Shown here: piece after piece, positions 36,872-46,420 of the stretch
How positions within the stretch are numbered: the stretch's first letter is position 1
Layout of the letters: each line of letters starts with the position of its first letter
Assembly: GCA_035457485.1 (NCBI GenBank)
Contig: DATIBO010000006.1
Span: 14,300 to 78,299 of the forward strand
From: Candidatus Saccharimonadales bacterium
GTDB taxonomy: Bacteria > Patescibacteriota > Saccharimonadia > Saccharimonadales > EFPC-124
Direction of reading: 5' to 3'
DNA length: 64,000 nt
Made by a program: the position numbers and the translations under genes
The notes under the pieces: model-generated
The model's input: the letters and a program-made list of their open reading frames with translations, nothing else
Told to the model about the DNA's origin: nothing
Databases searched by the model: none

Positions 36872-37591
36872 CTAAACTTTACTCAACAAATAAAATCGCT
36901 CTCGATTGCCTTTAGCGCCGGCGATTTCGCTATCAGATTTATCACGAATAATAAACTTTTGCTTCGCCCAGGTTTCAAAGTCTTTTAAAATCTTGCGGCG
37001 CATAGCATCGTTTTTAATCACACCTTTGTGTTTGTCGGCGCTACCGGCCTCAAACTGCGGCTTAACCATTGCGACGATTTTAGTTTTTTTAGTGCTTAGC
37101 TTCGCTACACTTGGCAAAATATCACGCAAGCTTATAAAGCTCACATCTATAACCACGATATCAGCAGCTGTGGAAAGCTTGTGGAAATCTCGAATGTCCG
37201 TTTGTTCGTGTAGTTCCACTCTGTCATCACTACGCAAGGTGGGGTGCAGTTGATTTGTTCCAACGTCAACGGCAATAACTTTTGTTGCACGGTGTTGCAA
37301 AGCGTAATCGGTGAATCCGCCAGTAGATGAACCAACGTCCAAAACCACCTTATCTTTAAAATTTAGGTTCAAGGCTTTGGCAACAGATGCCAATTTTAAT
37401 CCAGCACGCGAAACATACTGTTCGACTGCTTTAAATTCAATTTTTGCTTCCGAGCCAACAAAATAACCAGGCTTTAAAATAACCTGGTTATTTACGCTAA
37501 CTTTGCCCATTTTAATCCAGCTTTCGGCCTGCGACCTAGTTGGAACCAAGCCTCTTTTAACCATAGCTTGGTCTAGCCTGGATTTTTGCAT
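36872..37591 (-). CDS. tlyA: TlyA-family rRNA 2'-O-methyltransferase
   Basis: An S4 domain is present (RLDQAMVKRGLVPTRSQAESWIKMGKVSVNN), followed by an FtsJ-like SAM motif (VLDVGSSTGGFTD). Confidence 0.88.
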   Translation of the reverse strand: MQKSRLDQAMVKRGLVPTRSQAESWIKMGKVSVNNQVILKPGYFVGSEAKIEFKAVEQYVSRAGLKLASVAKALNLNFKDKVVLDVGSSTGGFTDYALQHRATKVIAVDVGTNQLHPTLRSDDRVELHEQTDIRDFHKLSTAADIVVIDVSFISLRDILPSVAKLSTKKTKIVAMVKPQFEAGSADKHKGVIKNDAMRRKILKDFETWAKQKFIIRDKSDSEIAGAKGNRERFYLLSKV

Positions 37592-38155
37592 TTAGTCCTT
37601 TTTGCGTTCTAGGTATTCACCTGTTCGAGTGTCAACTTTTATTACGTCACCAGTTTTAATAAAAGCTGGAACCTTTAAAACTAAACCGGTCTCAAGTGTT
37701 GCGTCTTTAAGAACGCTACTTGTTGTGTCGCCTTTGACCACTGTTTCGGCGTAAGCTACAGTCAGGTAAACATTTTTTGCAAGCTCGATATTAATCACTT
37801 TGCCGTCAAAAAACTGTAGCTCGACTTCGTCGCCTTCTTTTAGGTAGTCTTTAGCTTCATCAACTAAATCGCCAGGAAGCTCAAATTGCTCAAAGCTTTC
37901 GCCGTCCATAAAGTGGTAATTTGTTCCATCTGTATACAAATATTGCACTTTACGATTTTCGACATGCGCAGGCTCCAATTTATCCGAGCCTTTAAAAGTC
38001 TTTGGAATCACAGCACCATCAAGCAAACTCTTCAAGCGAACGTTCACGATCGAACCGCCACGACCCATAACTTTTTGCGAATAATCAATCACTCGGAAAG
38101 GTTTTCCGTCGATTTGAATAAGTGTGCCCTTTTTAATCTCGGTAATACCGTACAT
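37592..38155 (-). CDS. efp: Elongation factor P
   Basis: IKKGTLIQIDGKPFRVIDYSQKVMGRGGSIVNVRLKSL is the EF-P signature. Confidence 0.95.
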   Translation of the reverse strand: MYGITEIKKGTLIQIDGKPFRVIDYSQKVMGRGGSIVNVRLKSLLDGAVIPKTFKGSDKLEPAHVENRKVQYLYTDGTNYHFMDGESFEQFELPGDLVDEAKDYLKEGDEVELQFFDGKVINIELAKNVYLTVAYAETVVKGDTTSSVLKDATLETGLVLKVPAFIKTGDVIKVDTRTGEYLERKKD

Positions 38156-38162
38156 AAAACTC

Positions 38163-38354
38163 CTAGCTGTTAGCTACGAATGGTAGCAATGCCAAATGAC
38201 GAGCGCGCTTAACTTCAATAGCTAATCGGCTCTGTTGTCGCTGGCTTAAACCAGTTTTTGAGCGTGGTTCAATTTGACCATATTGGTTCACAAAACGCAA
38301 AAGCTGTTTTGGATCTTTGTAGTCAAACTCTACATCTTTTTTTATTCGTTTCAT
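38163..38354 (-). CDS. rpsR: 30S ribosomal protein S18
   Basis: DYKDPKQLLRFVNQYGQIEPRSKTGLSQRQQSRLAIEVKRARHLALLPF is the S18 signature. Confidence 0.93.
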   Translation of the reverse strand: MKRIKKDVEFDYKDPKQLLRFVNQYGQIEPRSKTGLSQRQQSRLAIEVKRARHLALLPFVANS

Positions 38355-38365
38355 TTATTTACTCC

Positions 38366-38827
38366 TTAGAATGGAATTTCACTTAAGTCAATTGGTTTGT
38401 CATCGATGTCTTCAATTACAGAATCATCTTTTTTGTCAGATTTTTTGTCTGAACTTGGCGCTGAGTAACCGGCCGAACCGCCATTACCACCAGCACCACC
38501 GCCATCAAGGAAAGTTACGTCGCTTGCAACCACTTCAACCTTGCTGCGTTTTTGCCCTTCTTGCTCCCAACTGCGCTGGCTTAATCTGCCCATTACTAAG
38601 CATTTTCGGCCTTTGCTTAAATATTGGTTAACAAGTTCACCTAATTTACCCCAAGCAGTTACGTCAAAAAACTCAACTGCGTCTTGCTGTTGACCAGATT
38701 GATCCTGCCAGCTGCGGTTAATAGCTAGGCTAAAACTACAAACACTCTGCCCACTCGGAGTTGTTTTTAGCTCTGGGTCCCGAGTTAGGTTACCCATAAG
38801 GATTACTTGGTTAACACTTTTGCTCAT
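38366..38827 (-). CDS. ssb: Single-stranded DNA-binding protein
   Basis: An OB fold is present (VNQVILMGNLTRDPELKTTPSGQSVCSFSLAINR), with a Gly-rich linker and an acidic tip ending DLSEIPF. Confidence 0.93.
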   Translation of the reverse strand: MSKSVNQVILMGNLTRDPELKTTPSGQSVCSFSLAINRSWQDQSGQQQDAVEFFDVTAWGKLGELVNQYLSKGRKCLVMGRLSQRSWEQEGQKRSKVEVVASDVTFLDGGGAGGNGGSAGYSAPSSDKKSDKKDDSVIEDIDDKPIDLSEIPF

Positions 38828-38845
38828 ATACCCTCGCTTGTTTAA

Positions 38846-39196
38846 CTATTTTTCTTCTTTGGATTCTTTTTCAGCTGCTTCAGCTTCTGCTGCCTCGCGA
38901 GCTGCACGAGCTTTTAGGTCAATCGCAGTTAGCAAGTAGCGCAAGGCTTCGTCAGTGATGTTAAGGGTGCTTTGAAGCTTCTTAACAGTTTCAGTTGGAA
39001 GCTTGAGCTCAAAGTATACGTAAACACCAAAATCTTCTTTTTTGATCTTGTACGCAAGTTTTCGCTTACCCCAATTGTCTTCTTTTACAATTTCGCCTTT
39101 GTTGTCGGCGATAATTTGACGGATTTTCGTCAACGGTTTCTCCAGGTCAATTTCTAGATCTGGGTGTAAAACCACAACGAGTTCGTAATCTCGCAT
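38846..39196 (-). CDS. rpsF: 30S ribosomal protein S6
   Basis: MRDYELVVVLHPDLE is the conserved S6 start. GGAAGGA Shine-Dalgarno lies upstream. The longer ORF-track start at 39301 is rejected. Confidence 0.9.
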   Translation of the reverse strand: MRDYELVVVLHPDLEIDLEKPLTKIRQIIADNKGEIVKEDNWGKRKLAYKIKKEDFGVYVYFELKLPTETVKKLQSTLNITDEALRYLLTAIDLKARAAREAAEAEAAEKESKEEK

Positions 39197-39426
39197 AGAT
39201 TCCTTCCATGGATCTTGGTTTTTATACCAAGAGCGTATAAATACGCGGTTAGTTGTTAATATGTAAACTTTACTATAAAACAGAGGTAATTGCAAGTTCA
39301 TCCGGCCAGAGATCAGTTTATTTTAGACTGACTCGGCGCAAACATCACCCTGTTTCAGTCGTGGCCACCGACTTGTTTATACACTACCATAACTTGGCTC
39401 TGTAGTTTTGATAAATTACGGTATTT

Positions 39427-41583
39427 TTACGCTTCGTCGGTCGATCCACCAAAAGCGTCGTCTAAACTTTTGATAAGAACATCTCGTGGTCGGGCGCCAT
39501 CCGCGGGGCCGATTATTCCTTGTTCTTCCATGGTTTCTATCAAACGCGCGGCTCGTGCATAACCAACTCGTAGGCGTCGCTGCAATAAACTGGCACTTGC
39601 CTTACCACTTTCAATCACACAGCGCACCGCATCTTTGTACATATCATCGTCGCCACCACCGTCGTAGTCCATAACCACGCCACCTTTACCGCTAAGCTGA
39701 ACTGGTTGAGCAATAATTTCGTCATCGTACTGAGGTGGGCGCTGCATTCGCAAATGATCACTAACTTTAATCACCTCAGGGTCATCGACAAACGCACCTT
39801 GGACACGTTTCGGCTTACTCATGTCCGGCGTAAGCAGTAGCATGTCACCTTTTCCGAGCAGTTTTTCGGCACCCACTTGATCCAAAATCGTACGACTATC
39901 GACCTGACTCGCCACCGTGAATGCAATTCGAGCCGGTACATTGGCTTTGATTAAGCCAGTGATAACATCTACACTCGGACGTTGAGTCGCCAAAACAAGG
40001 TGAATACCGACAGCTCGAGCCTTTTGTGCTAAACGAACGATCAGTGCCTCAACATCGCGCGCAGCTAGCATCATAAGATCAGCCAGCTCGTCAATCACTA
40101 TAACAATGTATGGCATGCGTTCATCTGATCGCGAGCTGTTATAACCTTGGATATTACGCACCTTCTCTTCAGCAAGCAGACTGTAGCGTCGCTCCATCTC
40201 GTTTACGGCCCATTTTAATGCGCTAATACATTTTTCGGGCACCGTAATAACCGGGGTTAGCAAATGCGGGATATCATTATATGGAGTCAGCTCTACCTGC
40301 TTAGGGTCGACTAAAATGAGCTTCAAATCGGATGGACTGTTGCGGTAAAGCATGCTTGTAAGCACACTGTTGATCATGACCGACTTACCTGAACCAGTCG
40401 CACCGGCGATTAAAACGTGCGGCATTTTGTCTAACTCCCCTATCACGGGATCGCCTGCAATGTCGCGCCCAATAGCAAAACTAAGCGGTGAGCCAGCATT
40501 TTGCCACTGCCCAGAAGTCAAAATTCCGTGCAGGCGAACATCAGCAGCTTTTACGTTTGGAACCTCGATACCAACAGCCCGCTGGCCTGGGATTGGCGCC
40601 TCGATACGTATCGCTTGAGCAGCTAGGTTCAATGCGATATTAGTCTCTAAAGCAGTAATTCGGGTGAGCTTAACGCCGGCTGGCGGCTTTAACGTATATT
40701 GCGTAACTTTTGGACCAATGTTGGCGCCCTCCATGTCAACATCGATGTTAAATTCGCCCAAAGTATCTTTAATTACCTGAGCATTGTGTTTAACGTCTCC
40801 GGCATCAGCTGGTGACTGTTTTTTCTCTAGCAGATCAACACTCGGACTCTGCCAATCGGGATCGGTTGTGCTTGTAAGAGCTTGTTGATCGGTTGCAGAG
40901 GGTTTTTCTGCACTGTTTTTAAGCGATCCGAGTTTAGCAGAGTTTAACGTTGGCACACCTTCGTTTAATTTAAGCTCGCCAATAGATTTGCTTGTAAATA
41001 AGCCAGCCTTTTCGGCAACTTCTCGGTTTTGGTCTTCTTCACTAACTTCACGTTTAAATAAGTTAACAACCGCATTTACAACAGTCATTGGAGATAATTT
41101 AAGAACAAATAAGCTCGTTATAAATGCTGCGATAAACAAAATGAATCCAGTAGTTTTTGTGTCTAAAATCGAGAGCATCGAGCTAGAGACTATGTAGCCT
41201 ACGAAACCTCCCCCGTCACTGCTTAAAACTTGGTCATAAGAAGTTGCATTTGGACTAAATAAATGAATTAGGCCAGCTATTTCTGCTAAAAACAAGATTG
41301 TGGCTAAGATGACTACAGTCGGTAAGCGGTTGTTCTCTGCTCTGAAAGTTGCGATCGCAATGTAAATCGCTACAACCGGAACAAGAAGGATTGTCCAGCC
41401 TATTAGCCAGCGAAGAGCGCCGTTAAGCCACTCGAGAACTGGTCCACCAGTACCAAATACGGCCAAAATAACCAAAAATGCTGCAACAATTAAAATAACA
41501 GCAGTGGCTTGCTGCCAAAAACCTTCGGGCAACTTATGCTCGGCCTGAAGTTTTTTTGGTGTACGTCGTCGTTTTCTACCCAT
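39427..41583 (-). CDS. ftsK: DNA translocase FtsK/SpoIIIE
   Basis: Four or five N-terminal TM helices are present. The motor domain has HVLIAGATGSGKSVMINS and IVIDELADLMM. The C-terminal gamma wHTH is ASASLLQRRLRVGYARAARLIE. Confidence 0.92.
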   Translation of the reverse strand: MGRKRRRTPKKLQAEHKLPEGFWQQATAVILIVAAFLVILAVFGTGGPVLEWLNGALRWLIGWTILLVPVVAIYIAIATFRAENNRLPTVVILATILFLAEIAGLIHLFSPNATSYDQVLSSDGGGFVGYIVSSSMLSILDTKTTGFILFIAAFITSLFVLKLSPMTVVNAVVNLFKREVSEEDQNREVAEKAGLFTSKSIGELKLNEGVPTLNSAKLGSLKNSAEKPSATDQQALTSTTDPDWQSPSVDLLEKKQSPADAGDVKHNAQVIKDTLGEFNIDVDMEGANIGPKVTQYTLKPPAGVKLTRITALETNIALNLAAQAIRIEAPIPGQRAVGIEVPNVKAADVRLHGILTSGQWQNAGSPLSFAIGRDIAGDPVIGELDKMPHVLIAGATGSGKSVMINSVLTSMLYRNSPSDLKLILVDPKQVELTPYNDIPHLLTPVITVPEKCISALKWAVNEMERRYSLLAEEKVRNIQGYNSSRSDERMPYIVIVIDELADLMMLAARDVEALIVRLAQKARAVGIHLVLATQRPSVDVITGLIKANVPARIAFTVASQVDSRTILDQVGAEKLLGKGDMLLLTPDMSKPKRVQGAFVDDPEVIKVSDHLRMQRPPQYDDEIIAQPVQLSGKGGVVMDYDGGGDDDMYKDAVRCVIESGKASASLLQRRLRVGYARAARLIETMEEQGIIGPADGARPRDVLIKSLDDAFGGSTDEA

Positions 41584-41719
41584 AACGTGTTTGTATTATA
41601 TCCCTGATCGCCCAAGAGGTCGATAGGCGTTGATAACTTATTGTAGCAGTTTTTACTACAAAAAGCAAAATAAGTTCTGTGCGCAGGGCGCGGCTCCTCG
41701 CAGAACCGCGCCCCAGGCA

Positions 41720-42466
41720 TCACGCAACCCAGTACAGGTCGTAACAGGTGCGAACCGTGGTGGTCTTGCCGTAGCCGGACTCGAGAGCGACAGCCTCGCT
41801 GTTGTCGTGCCGCGGGATCGCCAGGCGCCAGGGCTTGGGGACGGCCCCACCCGACATCGAGACGTTGTGGTAGGCCAACACGCCAGCCACACACTGCGCG
41901 AACAGCGGCTTGTTCTTGGCCGGAGCGAGCTCGACTTCGAACACGTTGTCCGCGAAGCGCGTCAGCGAGTACTCGTAGTAGTCGCCAAGCGCCGCGGCCA
42001 GTTCGACGAACATTCCGAGCTCCGCCTCGGGCTTGCCGGCGTACTTCCCACTCTGAAGCTCCTGCCAGTAAACGAGCATGCCGATGATGGGCACGTACAG
42101 CACACTCTCGCATAGCGTCGGGCGAGAGTCGCGAGAAGTCACGCCTCTCTCAGCCCGACAGGACACCTTGACTTCGGTGTCGCCACTCAGATACTGGACC
42201 TCGAACGACTGTGGATGAACCAGCACGCTTCCGTAGGCGTACATGTCCCACTGCTCGCGAAGCTGGGTGATCGTGCTCTCCGCGAAGACCCGCATCTGCT
42301 GATCGCTTGCCACAGGGGGCAGGTCGACCAGAGTTATGGCCGCCGCGCGGCCGCGGTATGTAGGGTTCCGCGTCAGCCCACTATCCTCGAACGTGTCGAG
42401 CTGAGTGGTACAGCCAGCCGCCGCCAAAATGGCGACAAGCACTAGCGTGAGTCGATAACGTCTCAC
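41720..42466 (-). CDS. Putative lipoprotein, 248 aa (high-GC islet)
   Basis: The GTG start is preceded by GGAGGTG. The signal plus lipobox-like cysteine is MRRYRLTLVLVAILAAAGC. A hand-counted sample gives 67% GC. A GC hairpin lies at 41686-41713, 3' of the stop. Confidence 0.6.
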   Translation of the reverse strand: MRRYRLTLVLVAILAAAGCTTQLDTFEDSGLTRNPTYRGRAAAITLVDLPPVASDQQMRVFAESTITQLREQWDMYAYGSVLVHPQSFEVQYLSGDTEVKVSCRAERGVTSRDSRPTLCESVLYVPIIGMLVYWQELQSGKYAGKPEAELGMFVELAAALGDYYEYSLTRFADNVFEVELAPAKNKPLFAQCVAGVLAYHNVSMSGGAVPKPWRLAIPRHDNSEAVALESGYGKTTTVRTCYDLYWVA

Positions 42467-42526
42467 GTCTCACCTCCGTGATACCTATGTCAGCCGGTTG
42501 CTGACATGAACGCCTATTATAAAATT

Positions 42527-43027
42527 TTACCTGTAATTTGTAAAGTTAACCGGGAAGTCAAAATCCTGAGCCTGCACAATTTTCATCGCAGCTTGCAGCT
42601 CATCCTTTTTGGCGCTACTCACCCGCACTTCTGTACCCTGAATTTGTGCCTTAACTTTCGGTAGATTGTCGCGTAGCAAATTGGTAATTTTTTTAGCTTT
42701 TTCTTGATCTAGACCCTTTTTAAACGAGACTTCGAGTGTAGTCTTTAAGTTACTAACAACTGGGGTTTTACTTGTGTCTAAAATCTTTTGGCTAACATTT
42801 CGACTGGCTAGTTTTTTACGCAGGATCTCTAAAATTGCATCAATATGATACTGACTGTCGCCCACAACTTTTAAGCCAGTTTTGTCACCATCTAAAAATT
42901 CTAGGCTAGCGCTTGTACCTTTTAAGTCGTAGCGATTACCCATTTCGCGCTTAGATTGATCGACGGAATTTATAACCTCGGCTAAGTCAAAGTCGCTAAC
43001 AATATCAAAAGAAAATGTCGAAGCCAT
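42527..43027 (-). CDS. yajQ: YajQ-family nucleotide-binding protein (UPF0234)
   Basis: ASTFSFDIVSDFDLAEVINSVDQSKREMGNRYDLKG is the YajQ signature. Confidence 0.88.
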   Translation of the reverse strand: MASTFSFDIVSDFDLAEVINSVDQSKREMGNRYDLKGTSASLEFLDGDKTGLKVVGDSQYHIDAILEILRKKLASRNVSQKILDTSKTPVVSNLKTTLEVSFKKGLDQEKAKKITNLLRDNLPKVKAQIQGTEVRVSSAKKDELQAAMKIVQAQDFDFPVNFTNYR

Positions 43028-43030
43028 ACC

Positions 43031-45145
43031 TTAGAATACGTCCGATTTAGTTGGGTTTTCTAGTGGCTGCGGCAAACGTGGCGGCATTGGACGTTGTGGT
43101 CGTGGCGCACGTTGTTGCTGATCTGGCGCAGCGTTGCCACTACCGATTTCGTTAACCACGGGAATTACAATCGGCGTGCGACGAGTTTTGTCATACAAAA
43201 TATGAGTAATTTCGTCTTTAAGCTCTTTTTTAAGAATATCAACATCTAGTTTTCGGCTACCCAAACGTGCGACTTTTTGCTTTAGGTAGGTTCGAATCAA
43301 GTTCATTAGCTCCTCACTGTCGCGCAGGTAAATAAATCCGCGACTAATGATATCTGGGCTTGTAAGTAAGCGACCAGTCTGACGGCTAATCGTTAGAACA
43401 ACCACAAACATTCCCTCGGCGGCCATGTGAATTCGATCCTTCAAAACAATCTCGCTCACCTCTTCGCCGGCGTCGTCGTACATTACGCCACCCACAGGGA
43501 TTCGGCCGGCTTTTCGCGCGGTTCCATTTTGGTCGATCTCAACTACATCACCCGAGTCACAAACAAAAATGTTTTGGTGCTTAATGCCGCACTCTTTTTC
43601 GGCCAAGCGCGCATTGTGCGCTAGCATGTGGAACTCACCGTGAACCGGCATGTAATATTTAGGCTTAACGGCGTTAATAAGCCTAACATGGTCAGCGTAG
43701 TAACCGTGCCCAGAAAGGTGTAGTGGACCGTATCCGTGCAAGTGGCCATGTGCGTTTTGCAGAACATCGGCACCTTCGCGCATTAGGCCGTCAACAGTTC
43801 GCACAACATATTTTTCGTTACCTGGAATTGGGTTGGAGCTTAAAACAATAATGTCGCTGCCTTTAACCTTAATATGCTTGTGCGCGCCGCTAACCATTCG
43901 GTTGAGCACCGCGTTGAACTCTCCTTGACTGCCGGTGCACACCACCACAACTTTGCTGTCGGGTAGTTTTACAAGATCATCCATACGCACAATTACATCT
44001 TTTGGAACTTTAATACTCTGAGCGCGCAGAGCGACTTCCATATTCTGGATCATGCTGTAACCAGCGAAAGCAACTTTGCGTCCATGTCGTTGCGCGGCTT
44101 CTAGGATCATCTGAATACGGTGGATCTGCGAGCTGAAAGTCGAAACAATCACGCGACTGCCAGAGTTTTGTTGCATAATGTCGGCAAAAGACTGACCAAT
44201 TTCGAACTCACCATGTTTATGAGTACCATCTGATTCACAGTTCGTACTTTCGTTGAACATCATCAAAAAGCCCTCTTCGCGGCTGATTTGTTCTAGGCGC
44301 TCAAGATCAAACTGCTTGCCATCAACTGGGTTTTGCTCAAAGCGCCAGTCTCCAGTGTGAAGCAAAACGCCAGCAGGAGTTCGAACAACCACCGCCGTAG
44401 AGTCTGGGATTGAGTGGTTAACACGGACCAACTCAATTCCAAAACTACCGCCAAGCTGAATGCGATCATGGATATCAGGATTCATTACGTTGTAGATTGG
44501 ACGATAATCTGTGTCGGATTCTTCCATCAACTTCTCTACCATTCCAAGCGTAAATTTACTTCCGTAAACCGGCACAGGAATTTTGTGTAGCAAGTGGCGA
44601 ACCGCACCAATGTGGTCAAGGTGTCCGTGGGTAAAAATTACGCCACGGATTTTGTGTTTGCGCTCCTCAAGATAGCTAATGTCAGGCACAATATAATTGA
44701 TACCTGGATAGTCGTTGCCAGGGAACAAAAAGCCCATGTCGATCACAATAATGTCATCGCCGTATTCCAGCGCCATCATGTTTTTACCAATACCCATTTC
44801 ACCTAAACCACCGATTGGCATAATTTTAAGCGTTGGGCCGTCTCGACGCGGAATAGTTTTTTGCATGTTTAGAGTGAACTGTCGTCCACCATATCCGTTA
44901 AATGTGGATTTATTAACCGGCACATCGATTACGTGCTGACTGGCCTGTAAGTTAACATTTTCGCTAACGCGCCGCGCCGCCCGCTGCACTTCGCCGCGCC
45001 GAGTTTGCGTTTTTGCAAGCACTGTATTGTTGCTTTGCTGACGTTGTTGGTTTTGATTTTGTTGCGGTCGCTGCTGCTGATTGTTCATTCGCTCACGATT
45101 TTGTTGCAGTCGTTCTTGTACGCTTTTACTGTCGAATTTGTTCAT
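43031..45145 (-). CDS. rnj: Ribonuclease J with Gln-rich N-terminal and Pro-rich C-terminal extensions
   Basis: The MBL/beta-CASP core has IFTHGHLDHIGA and HVSGH-type motifs. The first ~90 aa contain QQRPQQNQNQQRQQ, and the tail contains PRPQRPMPPRLPQP. Confidence 0.92.
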   Translation of the reverse strand: MNKFDSKSVQERLQQNRERMNNQQQRPQQNQNQQRQQSNNTVLAKTQTRRGEVQRAARRVSENVNLQASQHVIDVPVNKSTFNGYGGRQFTLNMQKTIPRRDGPTLKIMPIGGLGEMGIGKNMMALEYGDDIIVIDMGFLFPGNDYPGINYIVPDISYLEERKHKIRGVIFTHGHLDHIGAVRHLLHKIPVPVYGSKFTLGMVEKLMEESDTDYRPIYNVMNPDIHDRIQLGGSFGIELVRVNHSIPDSTAVVVRTPAGVLLHTGDWRFEQNPVDGKQFDLERLEQISREEGFLMMFNESTNCESDGTHKHGEFEIGQSFADIMQQNSGSRVIVSTFSSQIHRIQMILEAAQRHGRKVAFAGYSMIQNMEVALRAQSIKVPKDVIVRMDDLVKLPDSKVVVVCTGSQGEFNAVLNRMVSGAHKHIKVKGSDIIVLSSNPIPGNEKYVVRTVDGLMREGADVLQNAHGHLHGYGPLHLSGHGYYADHVRLINAVKPKYYMPVHGEFHMLAHNARLAEKECGIKHQNIFVCDSGDVVEIDQNGTARKAGRIPVGGVMYDDAGEEVSEIVLKDRIHMAAEGMFVVVLTISRQTGRLLTSPDIISRGFIYLRDSEELMNLIRTYLKQKVARLGSRKLDVDILKKELKDEITHILYDKTRRTPIVIPVVNEIGSGNAAPDQQQRAPRPQRPMPPRLPQPLENPTKSDVF

Positions 45146-45745
45146 CTATTTCCTTTCGAGCTGTTCTAGGACACTCGGTATTTTTTTAAAATCATCTATT
45201 AATGTTTGGCGCATTCCACCGTTGTAGAGCGCGGCCGCAGGATGGAAAAGTGGCATTACTACCAAATCGCCGTTGCGCTTGGCATACCCGTGCACCTGGC
45301 TAATTTTTTGACTTGGCAAAAAATATTCCATGCTATGCCTACCTAAAGTTACAACCAGTTTTGGGTTTATGACCTTAAGTTGACCTAGCAAGTACGGCCA
45401 AAAAGCATGCTTTTCTTCGGGTAACGGATCGCGATTATTCGGCGGTCTGTACTTAACAATATTAGTAATATAAACGTCTTCGCGTTGCAAGCCGGCTTCT
45501 TGTAGCATCTCGTTCAAAAACTTCCCGGCCGCCCCAACAAATGGTCTACCCTGCTCGTCTTCGTTTTTACCTGGCGCCTCGCCAATAAAAACGATCTCAG
45601 CATCTAAATTGCCCTCACCCATAACCAGGTTCTTGGCTGTCTTGGCCAAATGCTCACAGATATTGTTGGATTCAATATCTGCTTTTATTCGGTCGAGACG
45701 TGTTTGTTTATCGCTATTCATATCCCAAGAGGCAACATCGGCCAA
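45146..45745 (-). CDS. Uracil-DNA glycosylase, family 4
   Basis: GEGNLDAEIVFIGEAPGKNEDEQGRPFVGAAGKFL and a motif B region near HPAAAL are present. The start may be ATG 45721 rather than TTG 45745. Confidence 0.88.
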   Translation of the reverse strand: MADVASWDMNSDKQTRLDRIKADIESNNICEHLAKTAKNLVMGEGNLDAEIVFIGEAPGKNEDEQGRPFVGAAGKFLNEMLQEAGLQREDVYITNIVKYRPPNNRDPLPEEKHAFWPYLLGQLKVINPKLVVTLGRHSMEYFLPSQKISQVHGYAKRNGDLVVMPLFHPAAALYNGGMRQTLIDDFKKIPSVLEQLERK

Positions 45746-45860
45746 ACCGATGACGTTAAATTAAATATAACACACATCTTATATTTTGACCAGAGATATT
45801 TACAAGACTAAGTAATAAATGTACTATTAACTGGATTTGTCAAATGCCCTAGGGAGAGAC

Positions 45861-46361
45861 ATGATCGACACGGCAAGTCCACAAGCCAGGGCGCTACGGC
45901 GCGCAGTTCTGTCTGAGTCCATGGCATGGTCACGCACTCGTCCGCGAGTCGTGATGACCCGCGAAGAGCTTCTGGCCGCAAAGAACAGCGCAGACATCAG
46001 CTGGGTGCTGCCCGAGCTTGGCAGCGGAACAGCCCAAGAGGAAGCGTGGCTAGAGGCCGTGAGAAACGAAGCCACGGGGCTTCAGCGGTCCCTCGAAGAC
46101 AGTATGAAACTCGCGTATATGGACTTCGCACTCTGGTTCATTAACCTCGAACTCGGGCTACTATCGCACGAGAACCACGCTCACTGTGCAGATGGCCACC
46201 GATCAAGCACATTCTGGGTGTACAACCTGAATCAGCTCTTCTACTTCTCGGATCGTGGCATCATGCACACCGAAGAAGTGGTCAAGCTCGTGGTTGACGA
46301 GCATCGCAGGCGCAACCCGAACTGTCGCCTCACCTACGAAGCGGCGTGGCCAACCTGGTAG
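45861..46361 (+). CDS. Hypothetical protein, 166 aa (high-GC islet)
   Basis: ATG 45861 is preceded by GGGAGAG. The sample GC is 62%. A 13-bp GC hairpin at 46378-46409 follows the stop. I recognise no domain. Confidence 0.45.
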   Translation: MIDTASPQARALRRAVLSESMAWSRTRPRVVMTREELLAAKNSADISWVLPELGSGTAQEEAWLEAVRNEATGLQRSLEDSMKLAYMDFALWFINLELGLLSHENHAHCADGHRSSTFWVYNLNQLFYFSDRGIMHTEEVVKLVVDEHRRRNPNCRLTYEAAWPTW

Positions 46362-46420
46362 CAGGACAAATCGTCAAGAGGGGGCTGCCCACATCCGGGC
46401 GGCCCCCTCGCAAGTCAAAT

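Noticed and set aside
39197-39301. A 35-aa N-terminal extension of the S6 ORF, and a short hairpin CTTGGT/ACCAAG (39214-39231) as a possible rpsF leader element.
   Set aside because: The conserved S6 N-terminus MRDYELVV starts at 39196 with its own GGAAGGA. The hairpin is only 6 bp, and I cannot verify a match to the known S6:S18 leader without a covariance model.
41490-42115. Long overlapping ORFs on both strands (41490..42113 -, 41630..42115 +, 41656..41892 -) within the yajQ-ftsK high-GC islet.
   Set aside because: High-GC DNA lacks stop codons in several frames. These frames give Arg/Ala/Gly/Pro-rich nonsense with no ribosome-binding site or export signal. Only 41720..42466 has GGAGGTG plus a lipoprotein signal.
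45834-46419. Short flank repeats around the 45861..46361 islet: the 8-bp inverted GATTTGTC/GACAAATC and the 7-bp direct GTCAAAT.
   Set aside because: Matches this short in AT-rich flanks are plausible by chance. They are mentioned in the finding but not called as terminal repeats or target-site duplications.
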